A DNA stretch of 64,000 nt from an uncultured Chloroflexia bacterium. Its GTDB lineage: Bacteria; Chloroflexota; Limnocylindria; Limnocylindrales; CSP1-4. Position numbers and translations under genes: made by a program. The DNA is taken from contig CAVRGP010000002.1 in NCBI GenBank assembly GCA_963720755.1, positions 160,001 through 224,000 on the forward strand. The letters run 5' to 3'. The notes under the pieces were generated by a model. That model had not been told where the DNA came from. It searched no databases and saw only the letters and a list, made by a program, of their open reading frames with translations. This document shows, piece by piece, positions 1 through 9,979 of the stretch; position 1 is the stretch's first letter; the number at the start of each line of letters is the position of its first letter.

Positions 1-124
1 CCCGGCGGAGGGCATCGAACGCGCCGGCCCGGGTCGCGGCGTCCAGATCGATCGGATCGGATGCGTCCACCCGACCGAGCAGGATCGTCGGCCAGGCCGC
101 CGGTGTGGTGAAGCGTTCGACCAT
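1..124 (-). CDS. N-terminus of probable NuoF-like subunit (runs off window edge)
   Basis: Manual translation MVERFTTPAAWPTILLGRVDASDPIDLDAATRAGAFDALRR resembles a NuoF N-terminus (..GGYEALRKA..); lies directly after a NuoE-like domain. Only about 41 codons visible. Confidence 0.5.
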   Translation of the reverse strand, partial: MVERFTTPAAWPTILLGRVDASDPIDLDAATRAGAFDALRR

Positions 125-128
125 CGTC

Positions 129-788
129 CTACGCCCTCCCCGGTCCGCCGAGGGCCGCGTCGAGCGCGCTCAGATAGGTCGCCTCGGAGGGTCGGTGGGC
201 GTCCATCGCGGCCGCCTGGACGGTCGCATCCGCGGGTTCGAATCGGAGGTGATGGTAGTACGTCGCGGTCCCGTAGATCATCGCGTACCAGGCACCCGTG
301 CGCTGGCTGATCCGCTTGAGCGCCGCCACAGGAAGGTAGCCGTAGACCGACTGGGCCGCCTCGAGGATCTGGAGCATGTGCGCGGGATCATGGTCGTATT
401 CCTCGAGGATCCCGTCGACGGCCGCCAGGTCGACGGGGGCGAACGGCACGTACACACGATCCGGGACGGGGCGGCCGGAGCGGCGGAGCGCAGATTCCTC
501 GCGCCGCTCGCCGTAGGTCTCGGGGGCGCCCCAGTGGACGTGGAACCGGCCACGCGTGTCCACCCCGCCCATGTCGATGCACTCGATCGGGCAGGCCTGT
601 GCGCACTGGAAGCAGGTCTCGCACTTGAGCGTGCCCCACTCGTCGTACAGCAGCTGCAACCGGCCACGGAACTTGGGCGGCGGATCCCGGCGGTCCTCGG
701 GATACATGACGGTGACCTTGGGTTCGACGAACCGACGCAGGGTGAGGGCCATCCCCTTGGCGATACCGAGACCGGGCAGGAGGCTCAT
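129..788 (-). CDS. Fusion of NuoI N-terminal half (one 4Fe-4S motif) and NuoE N-terminal helical domain
   Basis: ATG at 788 overlaps the nuoH stop. KGMALTLRRF..VTVMYPE..FRGRLQL..CETCFQCAQACP is NuoI-like; ILEEY..MLQILEAAQSVYGYLP..IYGTATYY is NuoE N-domain-like. Confidence 0.8.
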   Translation of the reverse strand: MSLLPGLGIAKGMALTLRRFVEPKVTVMYPEDRRDPPPKFRGRLQLLYDEWGTLKCETCFQCAQACPIECIDMGGVDTRGRFHVHWGAPETYGERREESALRRSGRPVPDRVYVPFAPVDLAAVDGILEEYDHDPAHMLQILEAAQSVYGYLPVAALKRISQRTGAWYAMIYGTATYYHHLRFEPADATVQAAAMDAHRPSEATYLSALDAALGGPGRA

Positions 789-2134
789 CAGGGATTCCCG
801 CTCACGATGACGATGGCCGCGGCGGTCACGAACAGGTTGAGCAGCGCTGCCGGCAGCATCCACTTCCAGGCGAAGTCCATGAGCTGGTCGATCCGGACTC
901 GGGGCAGGGTCCCGCGCATCCACACGAAGGTGAAGACGAAGACATAGGTCTTGCCCAGGAACCAGAGCAGGCCCGCGACCCAGTCGAGGCCGATATAGGC
1001 CACCGCTCCGATGACCGCGACCACGAACAGGTTGGCGAGGACGAACCCGCCGATCAACGCCTGCCAGCCCTTGACCCGGGCGCTGACCATCCAGATCGGT
1101 GCCGCGAAGGCGAAGGTCAGGATGAGCGGCACGACCGCGACGAGGATGAGCAGGCCGACCCCGAGTTGCCCCGGGTCCAGGGACAGGGTGACGTCCCACG
1201 GCCACGGGACCGGTGCGTTCCAGCCGCCGAAGAAGAGGGTCACGGTCAGGGCGGAGATGATGAAAACGTTGACGTACTCGGCGAAGAAGAAGAACCCGAA
1301 GCGCATCCCGGAGTACTCGGTCGCGAACCCTGCCACGATCTCCGAATCCGCCTCGGTCAGGTCGAACGGGGTCCGGTTCGCCTCGGCCGTCGCGGCGATG
1401 AAGAAGATCAGGAACCCCAGGGGCTGGCGGAACACGTACCAATCGGTGAACCAGCCACCCTGGTTCAGGACGATCTGGTTGAGGCTGAGCGTGCCGGCAA
1501 GGAGGATCAGGCCGACGACCGACAAGGTCAGCGGGATCTCATAGCTGATGACCTGGGCCGCGGAGCGCAGGCCACCCAGCAGCGAGTACTTGTTGTAGCT
1601 CGACCAACCGGCCATCAGCAGTCCGACCACCGACAACCCGCCGATGGCGAAGAAGTAGAGCAGTCCGAGGTTCAGGTCCTGGCCGAAGAACCCGGGCGCG
1701 AACGGGATGACCAGGAGGGTCATGACCGCCGCCAGGTAGGTCACCACCGGCGCCCAGGTGAACACGATCGGATCCGCTCCGGTCGGGGTGAAGTCTTCCT
1801 TCATCAGGACCTTGAGCCCGTGGACGACCGACAGCAGCGAACCGGCCGGACCGACCCGATCCGGGCCGATGCGCAGGTTCATCAGGGCGATGATCTTCAT
1901 CTCCATGTAGATGATCAGGAACGCGGTCGGCACGGTGATCAGGAGGATGGCCGTCACCGCCACCACGAAGCGGACGATGGGCAGGTTGTTCGCCGCGAGA
2001 TCGACGAGCGGACCACCGAGAAGCACGATCGTGACGACCAGCGCGCCGGTCAGCACGACCAGGATCGGGATCATCGTGAAGATGATCTTGCCGGGCAGGG
2101 TCAGCCGGCTCCAGGATCGCCCGACGACCGTCAC
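788..2134 (-). CDS. nuoH: NADH-quinone oxidoreductase subunit H
   Basis: RIGPDRVGP, LLGGLRSAAQVISYE, AEANRTPFDLTEADSE, PRVRIDQLM motifs; hydrophobic. Confidence 0.95.
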   Translation of the reverse strand: MTVVGRSWSRLTLPGKIIFTMIPILVVLTGALVVTIVLLGGPLVDLAANNLPIVRFVVAVTAILLITVPTAFLIIYMEMKIIALMNLRIGPDRVGPAGSLLSVVHGLKVLMKEDFTPTGADPIVFTWAPVVTYLAAVMTLLVIPFAPGFFGQDLNLGLLYFFAIGGLSVVGLLMAGWSSYNKYSLLGGLRSAAQVISYEIPLTLSVVGLILLAGTLSLNQIVLNQGGWFTDWYVFRQPLGFLIFFIAATAEANRTPFDLTEADSEIVAGFATEYSGMRFGFFFFAEYVNVFIISALTVTLFFGGWNAPVPWPWDVTLSLDPGQLGVGLLILVAVVPLILTFAFAAPIWMVSARVKGWQALIGGFVLANLFVVAVIGAVAYIGLDWVAGLLWFLGKTYVFVFTFVWMRGTLPRVRIDQLMDFAWKWMLPAALLNLFVTAAAIVIVSGNP

Positions 2135-3351
2135 TTATCGACCCCGCCCATGATCGGGTCCAGGCTGGCCATGATCGCCATGGTGTCCGCGATGAGGTGG
2201 CCGGGCATCATCAGCCCGACCGACTGGAGATGGATGAACGACGGATCGTGGATCCGCATCCGGAATGGCTGGTCCGTCCCGTCGCTGATGGCGTAGGTCG
2301 AGTACTGGCCGCGCGGCCCTTCGACGGCGGCATAGGCGCGGCCCGGGCGCGGACGCATCAGCCGGGGCAGTTTGGCCATGACCGGACCGTCCGGCATCTG
2401 GTGCAGGCACTGGTCGATGATCCGGAGGCTCTGCTTGATCTCGTCCATCCGGAGCAGGTAGCGGGCCAGGCAGTCGCCTTCCGAACGCGTGGGGATGTCG
2501 AATTCCAGCTCCGGGAAGACGCTGTAGGGATGGGCCCGGCGCATGTCGAACGGAACGCCGGTCGCCCGCAGGTTCGGGCCGGTCATGACCATCCGCAATG
2601 CGGTCGCTGTGTCGATCCGGCCGAGCCCGCGCATCCGCCGGACGAAGATCTCGTTCTCGTTGAGCAGCGCGTTGCCCGACTCGATCTGCTCGGTGGCCTT
2701 CGACATCCAGTCGCCCAGCCGGCTCATGAAGTCGTGGTTCAGGTCGCCGTTGACGCCACCGATCCGGAAGTAGTTGAACAGCATCCGCTGGCCGGTCAGC
2801 GAGGCGAGCAGGTCGACGATCTCGTCGCGCTCGATGAACGACCACAGGATCGGCGTCAGGCCGCCCAGGTCGAGCGCCATCCAGCCGAGGAAGAGGGCAT
2901 GGCTGGCGATCCGGTTGAGTTCCGTGGAGAGGACCCGGATGTATTCGGCCCGGCGCGGGACCTGGACGTCCATCAGCTTCTCGAAGGCCAGCACGGGCGC
3001 CCATTCGTTGAACAGCGAGCTCACGTATTCGAGCGGGTCCGTGTAGCAGATCGCCTGGTGATAGTCGGCGTTCTCGCACAGCTTCTCGACCCCGCGGTGC
3101 AGGTAGCCGAGGACCGGGTCGAGGTCGACCACCTTCTCGCCGTCGAGCTTCAGGACGACCCGCAGGACGCCGTGGGTGGACGGGTGCTGCGGACCCATGT
3201 TGATGAACATCTCGCCGTCGCCGAGGGTGTAGAACTCGGCCTCGCGCTCAGTCCGCGGCGGGTACGGCGGGACCGGCTCGAAGACGCCCAGATCCCGGTC
3301 GAGGGTGACCCTGGGATCGTCCGTGGACTGGTGCGGGACGGAGGTGCGCAT
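2131..3351 (-). CDS. nuoD: NADH-quinone oxidoreductase subunit D
   Basis: NMGPQHPSTHGVLR, GYLHRGVEK, EGPRG, C-terminal DPIMGGVDK. Confidence 0.96.
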   Translation of the reverse strand: MRTSVPHQSTDDPRVTLDRDLGVFEPVPPYPPRTEREAEFYTLGDGEMFINMGPQHPSTHGVLRVVLKLDGEKVVDLDPVLGYLHRGVEKLCENADYHQAICYTDPLEYVSSLFNEWAPVLAFEKLMDVQVPRRAEYIRVLSTELNRIASHALFLGWMALDLGGLTPILWSFIERDEIVDLLASLTGQRMLFNYFRIGGVNGDLNHDFMSRLGDWMSKATEQIESGNALLNENEIFVRRMRGLGRIDTATALRMVMTGPNLRATGVPFDMRRAHPYSVFPELEFDIPTRSEGDCLARYLLRMDEIKQSLRIIDQCLHQMPDGPVMAKLPRLMRPRPGRAYAAVEGPRGQYSTYAISDGTDQPFRMRIHDPSFIHLQSVGLMMPGHLIADTMAIMASLDPIMGGVDK

Positions 3352-3359
3352 CGGCTCGG

Positions 3360-3908
3360 TCAGCCTCCCGTCCGGCGGACCAGCGCCGTCGTCGGGGCAT
3401 TGCGCGGCGCGTGCGTTCGCTCCATCGGCCGGACCCCGCCGCCGGGAGAGCGGGCCGCATCATCCGCGAGGTAGAAGTCCTTGCGCAGCGGGAAGCTCTG
3501 GTAGTCGGGCGGCATATAGATCCGGCGCAGGTCGCGGTTGCCCTCGAAGGTGATCCCGAACATGTCGTAGGCCTCGCGTTCCATCCACTCGGCGCCCTTC
3601 CACAGGAAGGTCACCGACGGCACGCGGGGATCGTCGCGCGACAGGCCGTCGGCCGTCACCCGCAGCCAATCCGGTGTGGTCTCGCTCCACAGGTGATAGA
3701 CCACCTGCATCACCTGCCCCGTGTCCACCCCGGCGAGGTCGCTCAGGAACTCGAACCGGAGATCGCGCTCGTCGTGCAGGGCGCTCATGACCGTGACGAC
3801 ATCGCCCGCCCCGATGCGCATCTCGGTCTCGTCGTGACGCTGGCGGATCGGACCGGTCAGGGATTCCCCGAAGCGAGCCTCCAGTCGCGCCTTGAACTGG
3901 CGGTCCAT
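3360..3908 (-). CDS. nuoC: NADH-quinone oxidoreductase subunit C
   Basis: AEWMEREAYDMFGITFEGNRDLRRI, PLRKDF; start taken at ATG 3908. Confidence 0.93.
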   Translation of the reverse strand: MDRQFKARLEARFGESLTGPIRQRHDETEMRIGAGDVVTVMSALHDERDLRFEFLSDLAGVDTGQVMQVVYHLWSETTPDWLRVTADGLSRDDPRVPSVTFLWKGAEWMEREAYDMFGITFEGNRDLRRIYMPPDYQSFPLRKDFYLADDAARSPGGGVRPMERTHAPRNAPTTALVRRTGG

Positions 3909-3910
3909 GC

Positions 3911-4612
3911 TCAGACGTCCTCCGGAACGGTCGGACCGATGGCCCGGTCCGGCCAGTGGCCGCGGCGCTCCTTGACCAGCTGCTGGAGCTTCATCATCCC
4001 GTAGATGAGACCCTCCGGCCGCGGTGGGCAACCCGGCACGTAGACGTCGACGGGCATGACCCGGTCGATCCCCTCGACCGTGCTGTAGCTCCGCTTGTAG
4101 CGGCCGCCGGAGCAGGTGCAGTCACCCATCGCCACACACCACTTGGGCTCCGGCATCTGCTCCCACAACCGGACCAGCGGTCCGGCCATCTTGGTCGTCA
4201 GGGTGCCCGCCACGATGAGGACGTCGGCCTGGCGGGGGCTGGCCCGGAACGGGAACATCCCCCAGCGATCCATGTCGTTCTTGGACGTGGCGGCCGACAT
4301 CATCTCGATGGCGCAGCAGGCCAGGCCGGACAGGAGCGGCCAGAGGCTGTTCATCCGGATGAGGTCCAGGACGTAGTCCGCCTTGGTCGGGATCACCTCG
4401 AGTGCGCCGCTCCACCGGGCGTCGTCGTGACGTCCCAGCCCGCTCGCCGCGTACTCCCGCAAGTGGGTGATGTCGCTCTCTCGCCCACCGTCGTAGGCCT
4501 CGGGATCCGCCGCCTGCCAGAGCGTGTTCGGCACCACGATCGGCACGATCAGGTCGGACGCGGTGTCGGTCACCGCGGGGAGGTCGCGTCCTTCGTCCGG
4601 CTTCAACGCCAT
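3911..4612 (-). CDS. nuoB: NADH-quinone oxidoreductase subunit B
   Basis: [32 protein letters not shown]. Confidence 0.96.
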   Translation of the reverse strand: MALKPDEGRDLPAVTDTASDLIVPIVVPNTLWQAADPEAYDGGRESDITHLREYAASGLGRHDDARWSGALEVIPTKADYVLDLIRMNSLWPLLSGLACCAIEMMSAATSKNDMDRWGMFPFRASPRQADVLIVAGTLTTKMAGPLVRLWEQMPEPKWCVAMGDCTCSGGRYKRSYSTVEGIDRVMPVDVYVPGCPPRPEGLIYGMMKLQQLVKERRGHWPDRAIGPTVPEDV

Positions 4613-4959
4613 GTCAGAGCACCCTTCCGCCAGGCGTATGCGAGTCCGAGCAGGAGGATCGCGACGAAGACGAGCATGCTCGCGAGACCGCCAAGCAGGA
4701 TGTCCCGGAAGGCGATCGCCCACAGGTAGATGAAGATCACCTCGATGTCGAAGGCGACGAAGAGCAAGGCGTAGATGTAGAACGACAACCCGAATCGGCC
4801 GTGGGTGTCGCCATACGTATCGATCCCGGATTCGTAGGGCAGGCCCTTGTGCTCATCACCGCGGTTGCGATGGGAGATGAGCCACGCGGCGCCGATCGTC
4901 AGGAAGACGAACGACACGCCGGCGAAGGCGAACCCCACGACGTACCAGATGCCGGTCAA
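4603..4959 (-). CDS. nuoA: NADH-quinone oxidoreductase subunit A
   Basis: [23 protein letters not shown]; three TM segments. Confidence 0.95.
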   Translation of the reverse strand: MTGIWYVVGFAFAGVSFVFLTIGAAWLISHRNRGDEHKGLPYESGIDTYGDTHGRFGLSFYIYALLFVAFDIEVIFIYLWAIAFRDILLGGLASMLVFVAILLLGLAYAWRKGALTWR

Positions 4960-5317
4960 CCGAACTCCCTTCGAGCGACACGCCCGGGCTGGCGCCGCTA
5001 GCTCGGGGTCTTTGCGGAGCGCACAGTCATACCCGGTGCGACTGGGCTGTCCCTCTCGGCATTCTAGCGTGGACGGCGGCGTGCCGCGGTCGTCATCTCA
5101 CGAGGGGATTCGGCCTGCGGGCGGGTGGACTCGGCGCCCGGATCCTGGGTCGGCCGGCATCGGCAGCATGTTCGGGGAGCGGCGCGTGCCGAGCGCGCGT
5201 GCAGGACCGCGCGCCGCTCCCCATCGGTCGTGCCCGACCGTCGCAAAGCGTGCGGTTCGGACGGCGCGCGCTGCAATAGGCAGAACGCCCTAGCGGCCCG
5301 TGGCCGCGGGCGCCGCG

Positions 5318-6511
5318 TCAGCGAGCGAGGCGGTAGTCGAGGCCGACCGGCACGACACCCTTCGGCCACCGGTTCCCGAATGCCATGACCCGGAACCGGC
5401 CCATCGCACCGGGGTCGAGCAGGCGCACGAGGGCCGACCGAACGTCCAGATAGACCTCGATCGTGGTCGCCGGATCCGCCTGGATCGCCTGCAGTCGACC
5501 CTCGATGCCGAGCCCGACCAGGTACTCGGCCTGGGTCGTGGTCCCGAGATGGGTCAGACCGGCGGCGGTCGCCGCTCGCTCGACGGCGGTGACATCGACA
5601 TGAGCGGTCAGGTCCTGTCGCCCGATATGGACGTACGGGTCGTCGTGCACGCGGTGTCGGAGGTAGGCGCGAAGGGTGCCGTCGTGCCGCCGGACGGGGT
5701 CGTACAGATCGGTCGCCGGGTAGCCGTAGTCGATCAGGACGACGAGCCCTCGATGAAGGCCGCTCGCGAGCCCCGCGATCCACGGTTCGAGCGCCAGGCT
5801 GACCTCAGCCCGCTGGCCATCCACCAGGCGAACCCCGTCAGACGCCAGCCTGGCCGCCAGCTTAGGATCCGACAGGTCGGCTTCGACGTCGACGAACCGG
5901 CCGCCGTCGATCCCGACCATGACCTCGACCAGCCGTCCGCCGCGCATGACCAGCCGATGCGTCGGCAAGGCATCGAGGACCTCGTTGGCGAGTACGACAC
6001 CGTCGATCGACGGGGGCGGATCGGTCCGGTCGATCGTGTCCAGCGTCGACCCGTGCCCGGCTGCCACGAGGCGCGCGGTCAGGTCGGCGATGCGACGGGT
6101 CTCCGCCTCGATCGGCTGGTAGCGGATCGCGGATGCGAGGTCCGGGTGTTCGCGATCGAGGGTGTCGAGGATGGCGACCGCGAGGGCGCCAGTCCCCGCG
6201 CCGTACTCGCGGAGGATGAACGGCGCCGGCCGGCCGAGTCGGTCCCACGCATCGGCGATGGCCCTGCTGATCGTCGCCCCGAAGATCGGGTGGGATTCAG
6301 GTGCCGTCAGGAAGTCGCCGCCGCGGCCAGGTCGCGTCGCTTCCGACCGGTAGTACCCGCCGTCCGGGTCATACAACGCCATGTCCATGAACCGGGCGAA
6401 CGTGATCGGTCCGTCCCGCTCGATCGACGCGCGGATCCGGCCGACAAGCTCGTCGTCCTGGCCGACCGCATCGAGGTCCGGGTGTGGGTCGCGCCGAAGC
6501 CCGGGAGTCAC
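5318..6511 (-). CDS. SAM-dependent methyltransferase, MidA/NDUFAF7 family
   Basis: GPITFARFMDMALY, GDFLTAPE, EYGAGTG, ANEVLDALP, IDYG, QDLTAHVD; GTG start overlaps the upstream stop. Confidence 0.9.
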   Translation of the reverse strand: MTPGLRRDPHPDLDAVGQDDELVGRIRASIERDGPITFARFMDMALYDPDGGYYRSEATRPGRGGDFLTAPESHPIFGATISRAIADAWDRLGRPAPFILREYGAGTGALAVAILDTLDREHPDLASAIRYQPIEAETRRIADLTARLVAAGHGSTLDTIDRTDPPPSIDGVVLANEVLDALPTHRLVMRGGRLVEVMVGIDGGRFVDVEADLSDPKLAARLASDGVRLVDGQRAEVSLALEPWIAGLASGLHRGLVVLIDYGYPATDLYDPVRRHDGTLRAYLRHRVHDDPYVHIGRQDLTAHVDVTAVERAATAAGLTHLGTTTQAEYLVGLGIEGRLQAIQADPATTIEVYLDVRSALVRLLDPGAMGRFRVMAFGNRWPKGVVPVGLDYRLAR

Positions 6512-7593
6512 GTCCACGGGGCACCGCGCAGGACGAGCCGGATCCCCGGCCCGACGAGGGTGTGGCCACCGAGCAGGATCGGGATCGGTGCGGCCGCCGC
6601 GGACGCCGTGAGCGCACGCAACCACGGGTCCGCGACCCGGTCGGGCAGCAGGAGATCCGATGCATACCGGTCCTCGGCGGCCGGCCAGGCACGTTCGTTC
6701 GCCCCGAGGCGGTGGGCGAGCAGGACCCGGCTGTCGAGGATGGCACCATCGGCGAGTCGGGCGATGTGATCGCCGAGCGACCCCGGCCCGTCGCGGTCCA
6801 GGAGTGTCCCGAGGATCGACGCCGGTGGTCGCTGGATGGCCCCGTCGGACGCCTGTGCAAGGCGGCTGGCCGCCCGGAAGCCCCGCTCCTCCACGAAGGC
6901 ACGAGTCCGCGACGCCGTGGACAATTCGAGCCAGGCAAGCGTGCGCGCCGAGGTGCGTCCAGCCACGAGCAGCTCCGCATGCGCGTCTGCCGCCACCCGG
7001 CGAACCGCGTCCATGGCGACCGAGACACGACCGACGTCGACCCCGGCCGCCGCCGCCGCTTCCCTGCCCCGACGTCGATCGACCAGGAGGAGATCGAGCG
7101 GGCCGTCGATGTCGACCGACAGGCGCCATCGTCCGCGCAGGTCATCCACCCGGTAGCCAGCATGCGCCTCGAGCCATCGCGGCAAGGCGTTGTCGGATGG
7201 CAGATCGGGCAGCGTGGCGAGGTTCGGCCACGCGCCGGCCACGGCGACGGCATCGGCCGAATATCGATTGTTGGCCAGCGCTCGACGGTCATCAGACCCG
7301 GCAGCGGTCGCGAAGTCCCGGGCATCGCGACCCGTCGCGAGCGGGATCGAACCGGAGCCAAGGATGACGATCCCGTCCGGATGCTCCTGTTCCACGAGGC
7401 CGCGGAGACGCGCTCCGAACGATACGGTGTCGGGCGGTCCCGCCACGACGGTGACGTCGTCCGCCCCGGCCGCGACGAAGCGATCGTGGAGCCGGCGCGC
7501 GTTGGCGGCTCGCCCGCCGGCGAGCCATGTCGTGAGCGGGCCGGCACCGGGCTCCGGTTCGGGGTGCATGATGCGGACCGTGACCCTGCGCAT
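6508..7593 (-). CDS. Hypothetical protein, weakly CofC/nucleotidyltransferase-like
   Basis: 361 aa ORF coupled to the downstream gene; DIDGPLDL resembles the CofC-type DVDTxxDL motif. Confidence 0.55.
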   Translation of the reverse strand: MRRVTVRIMHPEPEPGAGPLTTWLAGGRAANARRLHDRFVAAGADDVTVVAGPPDTVSFGARLRGLVEQEHPDGIVILGSGSIPLATGRDARDFATAAGSDDRRALANNRYSADAVAVAGAWPNLATLPDLPSDNALPRWLEAHAGYRVDDLRGRWRLSVDIDGPLDLLLVDRRRGREAAAAAGVDVGRVSVAMDAVRRVAADAHAELLVAGRTSARTLAWLELSTASRTRAFVEERGFRAASRLAQASDGAIQRPPASILGTLLDRDGPGSLGDHIARLADGAILDSRVLLAHRLGANERAWPAAEDRYASDLLLPDRVADPWLRALTASAAAAPIPILLGGHTLVGPGIRLVLRGAPWT

Positions 7594-7625
7594 GGCCGGA
7601 GTCTATGCTCCCCGACGAGGTACCC

Positions 7626-8309
7626 ATGAGCGACCGACGCGTCCGCGCCTACATCGGTCTGGGAGCGAACCTGGGTGATGCGGAAGCCACGCTGGGCCAT
7701 GCGGTCGACGCTGTGGCCGCCATCCCTGGGGTGACGCTTCGGGCCGTCTCCCGGCTGTATGCCACCGCCCCGGTCGGCGTCCTCGACCAGCCCGAGTTCC
7801 GCAACGCGGTCGTGGCCGTCGACGTCCCGGCCGGATCCGATCCCGAGCACGGTGCGCTCGATTTACTGGGCCGATTGAAGGAGATCGAGCGGGCGTTCGG
7901 TCGCCGTCGTCGCCGTCGGTGGGGTCCGCGCGAACTCGACCTCGACCTGCTCGTCTTCGGACGTGCCCGGATCGCCGTCGAGCGCCGTGCGGACAGTCGC
8001 TCCATCGACGCCGATGTCGACCCGGACAAGGCGTCGCGGCCGCTCGTCGTCCCCCACCCGGAAGCGTCCGTTCGAACGTTTGTGCTGGCACCCCTGGCCG
8101 ATCTTTCGCCGGGTCTTGTCCCGCCTGGCTGGGGTCAGACCGTGGCGACAGCCCTGCGCCGGCAGACGACGTTGGACGCGCCCGATGCGATCCAGATCGT
8201 CGGGCGGTGGGATCCTGCCGACCGCCGGTGGCGGGCGGATCAGCCCAGGGAGCGGGTTGGCAGGGCGGTCTCGATCGCGGTGCCGTCCGGAGCGCGTTCG
8301 ACCCGGTAG
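7626..8309 (+). CDS. folK: 2-amino-4-hydroxy-6-hydroxymethyldihydropteridine diphosphokinase
   Basis: AYIGLGANLG, QPEFRNAV, RWGPRELDLDLL, PHP. Confidence 0.93.
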   Translation: MSDRRVRAYIGLGANLGDAEATLGHAVDAVAAIPGVTLRAVSRLYATAPVGVLDQPEFRNAVVAVDVPAGSDPEHGALDLLGRLKEIERAFGRRRRRRWGPRELDLDLLVFGRARIAVERRADSRSIDADVDPDKASRPLVVPHPEASVRTFVLAPLADLSPGLVPPGWGQTVATALRRQTTLDAPDAIQIVGRWDPADRRWRADQPRERVGRAVSIAVPSGARSTR

Positions 8310-8956
8310 GCCCGGGCACCGGGTCGGGATGAAACGACCTCGACGAGCCGTTCATCGCGGAACACGAGGGCGGCCCCGTCGTCGGCCGCGAACCCGGCCG
8401 GCATCGACCCTTCGGCGACGAGCCGCTGGTAGGTCGGGCGTCGACCCGGTTCCGCATCGTAGTGTGGCGAGTGGCTCCCCGGCAGGAACCCGAGACCCCG
8501 CGACAGGGCCGCCAGGCCGTTCCCGAACGAATCGGTGGTCCCGGTCTCGAACCAGCACAGCGATCCCGCCGACAAGCCGGTCATGACGACGCCCTGCTCC
8601 CAGGCGCCACGGAGCGCGCGATCCACGCCATGGACGCGCCAGACCGCGAGCATGTTCTCCGTGTTGCCGCCCCCGACGTAGACGACGTCCTGCTCGAGCA
8701 GGAACGCACCGATGTCCTCGACCGTGCGGTCGAACAGCGCCAGATGCGATGTCTCAGCCCGGTTGGCGAAGGCGGCGTGGAACCCTTCGATGTAGTTATT
8801 CGCGTCGCCGCTGGCGGTGGCCAGGAAGCAGACTCGAGGTCTGGTCCGGCCACGGGCTGCACGCGCGATGTCGAGGGTGTGATCGTCGAGACGGGGATCG
8901 TCCGGCGTATCGGAAAAGCCGCCGCCGCCCATGGCGACGACGATCCGCTCCGTCAT
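8240..8956 (-). CDS. Peptidase E (S51 family)
   Basis: VCFLATASGD, VYVGGGNT, GLSAGS nucleophile, PHYD. Confidence 0.9.
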   Translation of the reverse strand: MTERIVVAMGGGGFSDTPDDPRLDDHTLDIARAARGRTRPRVCFLATASGDANNYIEGFHAAFANRAETSHLALFDRTVEDIGAFLLEQDVVYVGGGNTENMLAVWRVHGVDRALRGAWEQGVVMTGLSAGSLCWFETGTTDSFGNGLAALSRGLGFLPGSHSPHYDAEPGRRPTYQRLVAEGSMPAGFAADDGAALVFRDERLVEVVSSRPGARAYRVERAPDGTAIETALPTRSLG

Positions 8957-9963
8957 TGCGACGCGACCCGGAACCCGATGTGCTTGTCGCCGTAGGTGGG
9001 CGGATCCTCGTAGTGGCGATAGGCGGATCGGGCGACGAATTCGTTGCTGCCCCACCAGCCGCCCTTCTCGACCTTCCGGGTCCCCGTCGCCGGGCCCGTC
9101 GGGTCCTGGCTCGGACTCACCGCGTAGTAGCCCGTGTCGAGCCAGTCCGAGACCCACTCCATCGCGTTCCCTGCCATGTCCAGCGCGCCGACCCAGCTGG
9201 CGCCGGCCGGATAGCTGCCAACCGCTTTGGGCCCGACACTGTTGACGACGTTGGCCCGGTCGATATCCCAGTCGTCTCCCCACGGATAGACCCGTGACTC
9301 GGGTCCGCGGGCCGCGTACTCCCACTCGGCCTCGGTCGGCAGCCGGCCGGCCCGCCAGGTGGCGTAGGCCTCGGCCTCGAACCAGGTGATGCACAAGCGC
9401 GGCTGATCTGCGACATCACCCTGGCAGTGCAGCGGGAGTCGGGCCGGGTCCTGGCTCGCGAGCCAGGCCTGGCCGGCGGGCGACCAGACCGTCGGGTCCA
9501 GGTAGCCGCCCGCGTCGACGAACGCCGCGAAGGACGCCACGGTGACCTCGGTCGCATCGATCCAGTACCCGCGGGTGAGCGTGACGTCGTGGGCCGGCTG
9601 TTCACTGGGGAACTCCGCGATGACCCAGTCTGGAGGGTCCTGGCTCGTCAAGTCCGCGATCGACCGGGCATCCGTGCCCATCACGAACGACCCGGCCGGG
9701 ACCCAGACCTGGTCGATGCCCCACGGGTCGGTGCGGGTCTCGCCCGCGGTCTGGCCGTCGGACGGACGGGCGGTCGGCGGTGCAGGGCTGTGCGGACTCG
9801 CCGATGCGACCGTCGACGCAGCGGCCGTTGCCGCGGCGTCCGTGGCCGGTGCCGATCCCGTCGCCGCACTTCCACCACAGCCGAACGAGATCGTCCCGAT
9901 CGCTGCGGCGGCGGCGATCGCCCTGACCCATCCCGAACCCGGCCGACCCCGGTGACCCATCAT
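8953..9963 (-). CDS. Formylglycine-generating enzyme (SUMF1/FGE-sulfatase) domain protein, probable lipoprotein
   Basis: AGSFVMG, EVT, RLPTEAEWEYAARG, DMAGNAMEW, GFR; signal-like segment ending SFGC then an A/P/T linker. Confidence 0.88.
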   Translation of the reverse strand: MMGHRGRPGSGWVRAIAAAAAIGTISFGCGGSAATGSAPATDAAATAAASTVASASPHSPAPPTARPSDGQTAGETRTDPWGIDQVWVPAGSFVMGTDARSIADLTSQDPPDWVIAEFPSEQPAHDVTLTRGYWIDATEVTVASFAAFVDAGGYLDPTVWSPAGQAWLASQDPARLPLHCQGDVADQPRLCITWFEAEAYATWRAGRLPTEAEWEYAARGPESRVYPWGDDWDIDRANVVNSVGPKAVGSYPAGASWVGALDMAGNAMEWVSDWLDTGYYAVSPSQDPTGPATGTRKVEKGGWWGSNEFVARSAYRHYEDPPTYGDKHIGFRVASQ

Positions 9964-9979
9964 CGGACGTCGTCGCCGA

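Noticed and set aside
8240-8309. 70 bp convergent overlap of folK and peptidase E
   Set aside because: Tail overlaps are common in GC-rich genomes; no further signal.
8953-9963. FGE-domain protein as a sulfatase maturase tied to the sulfation locus
   Set aside because: Lacks the C-terminal catalytic Cys pair of true FGE (reads GGWWGSNEFVARSAYR), is about 35 kb away, and no sulfatase is present.
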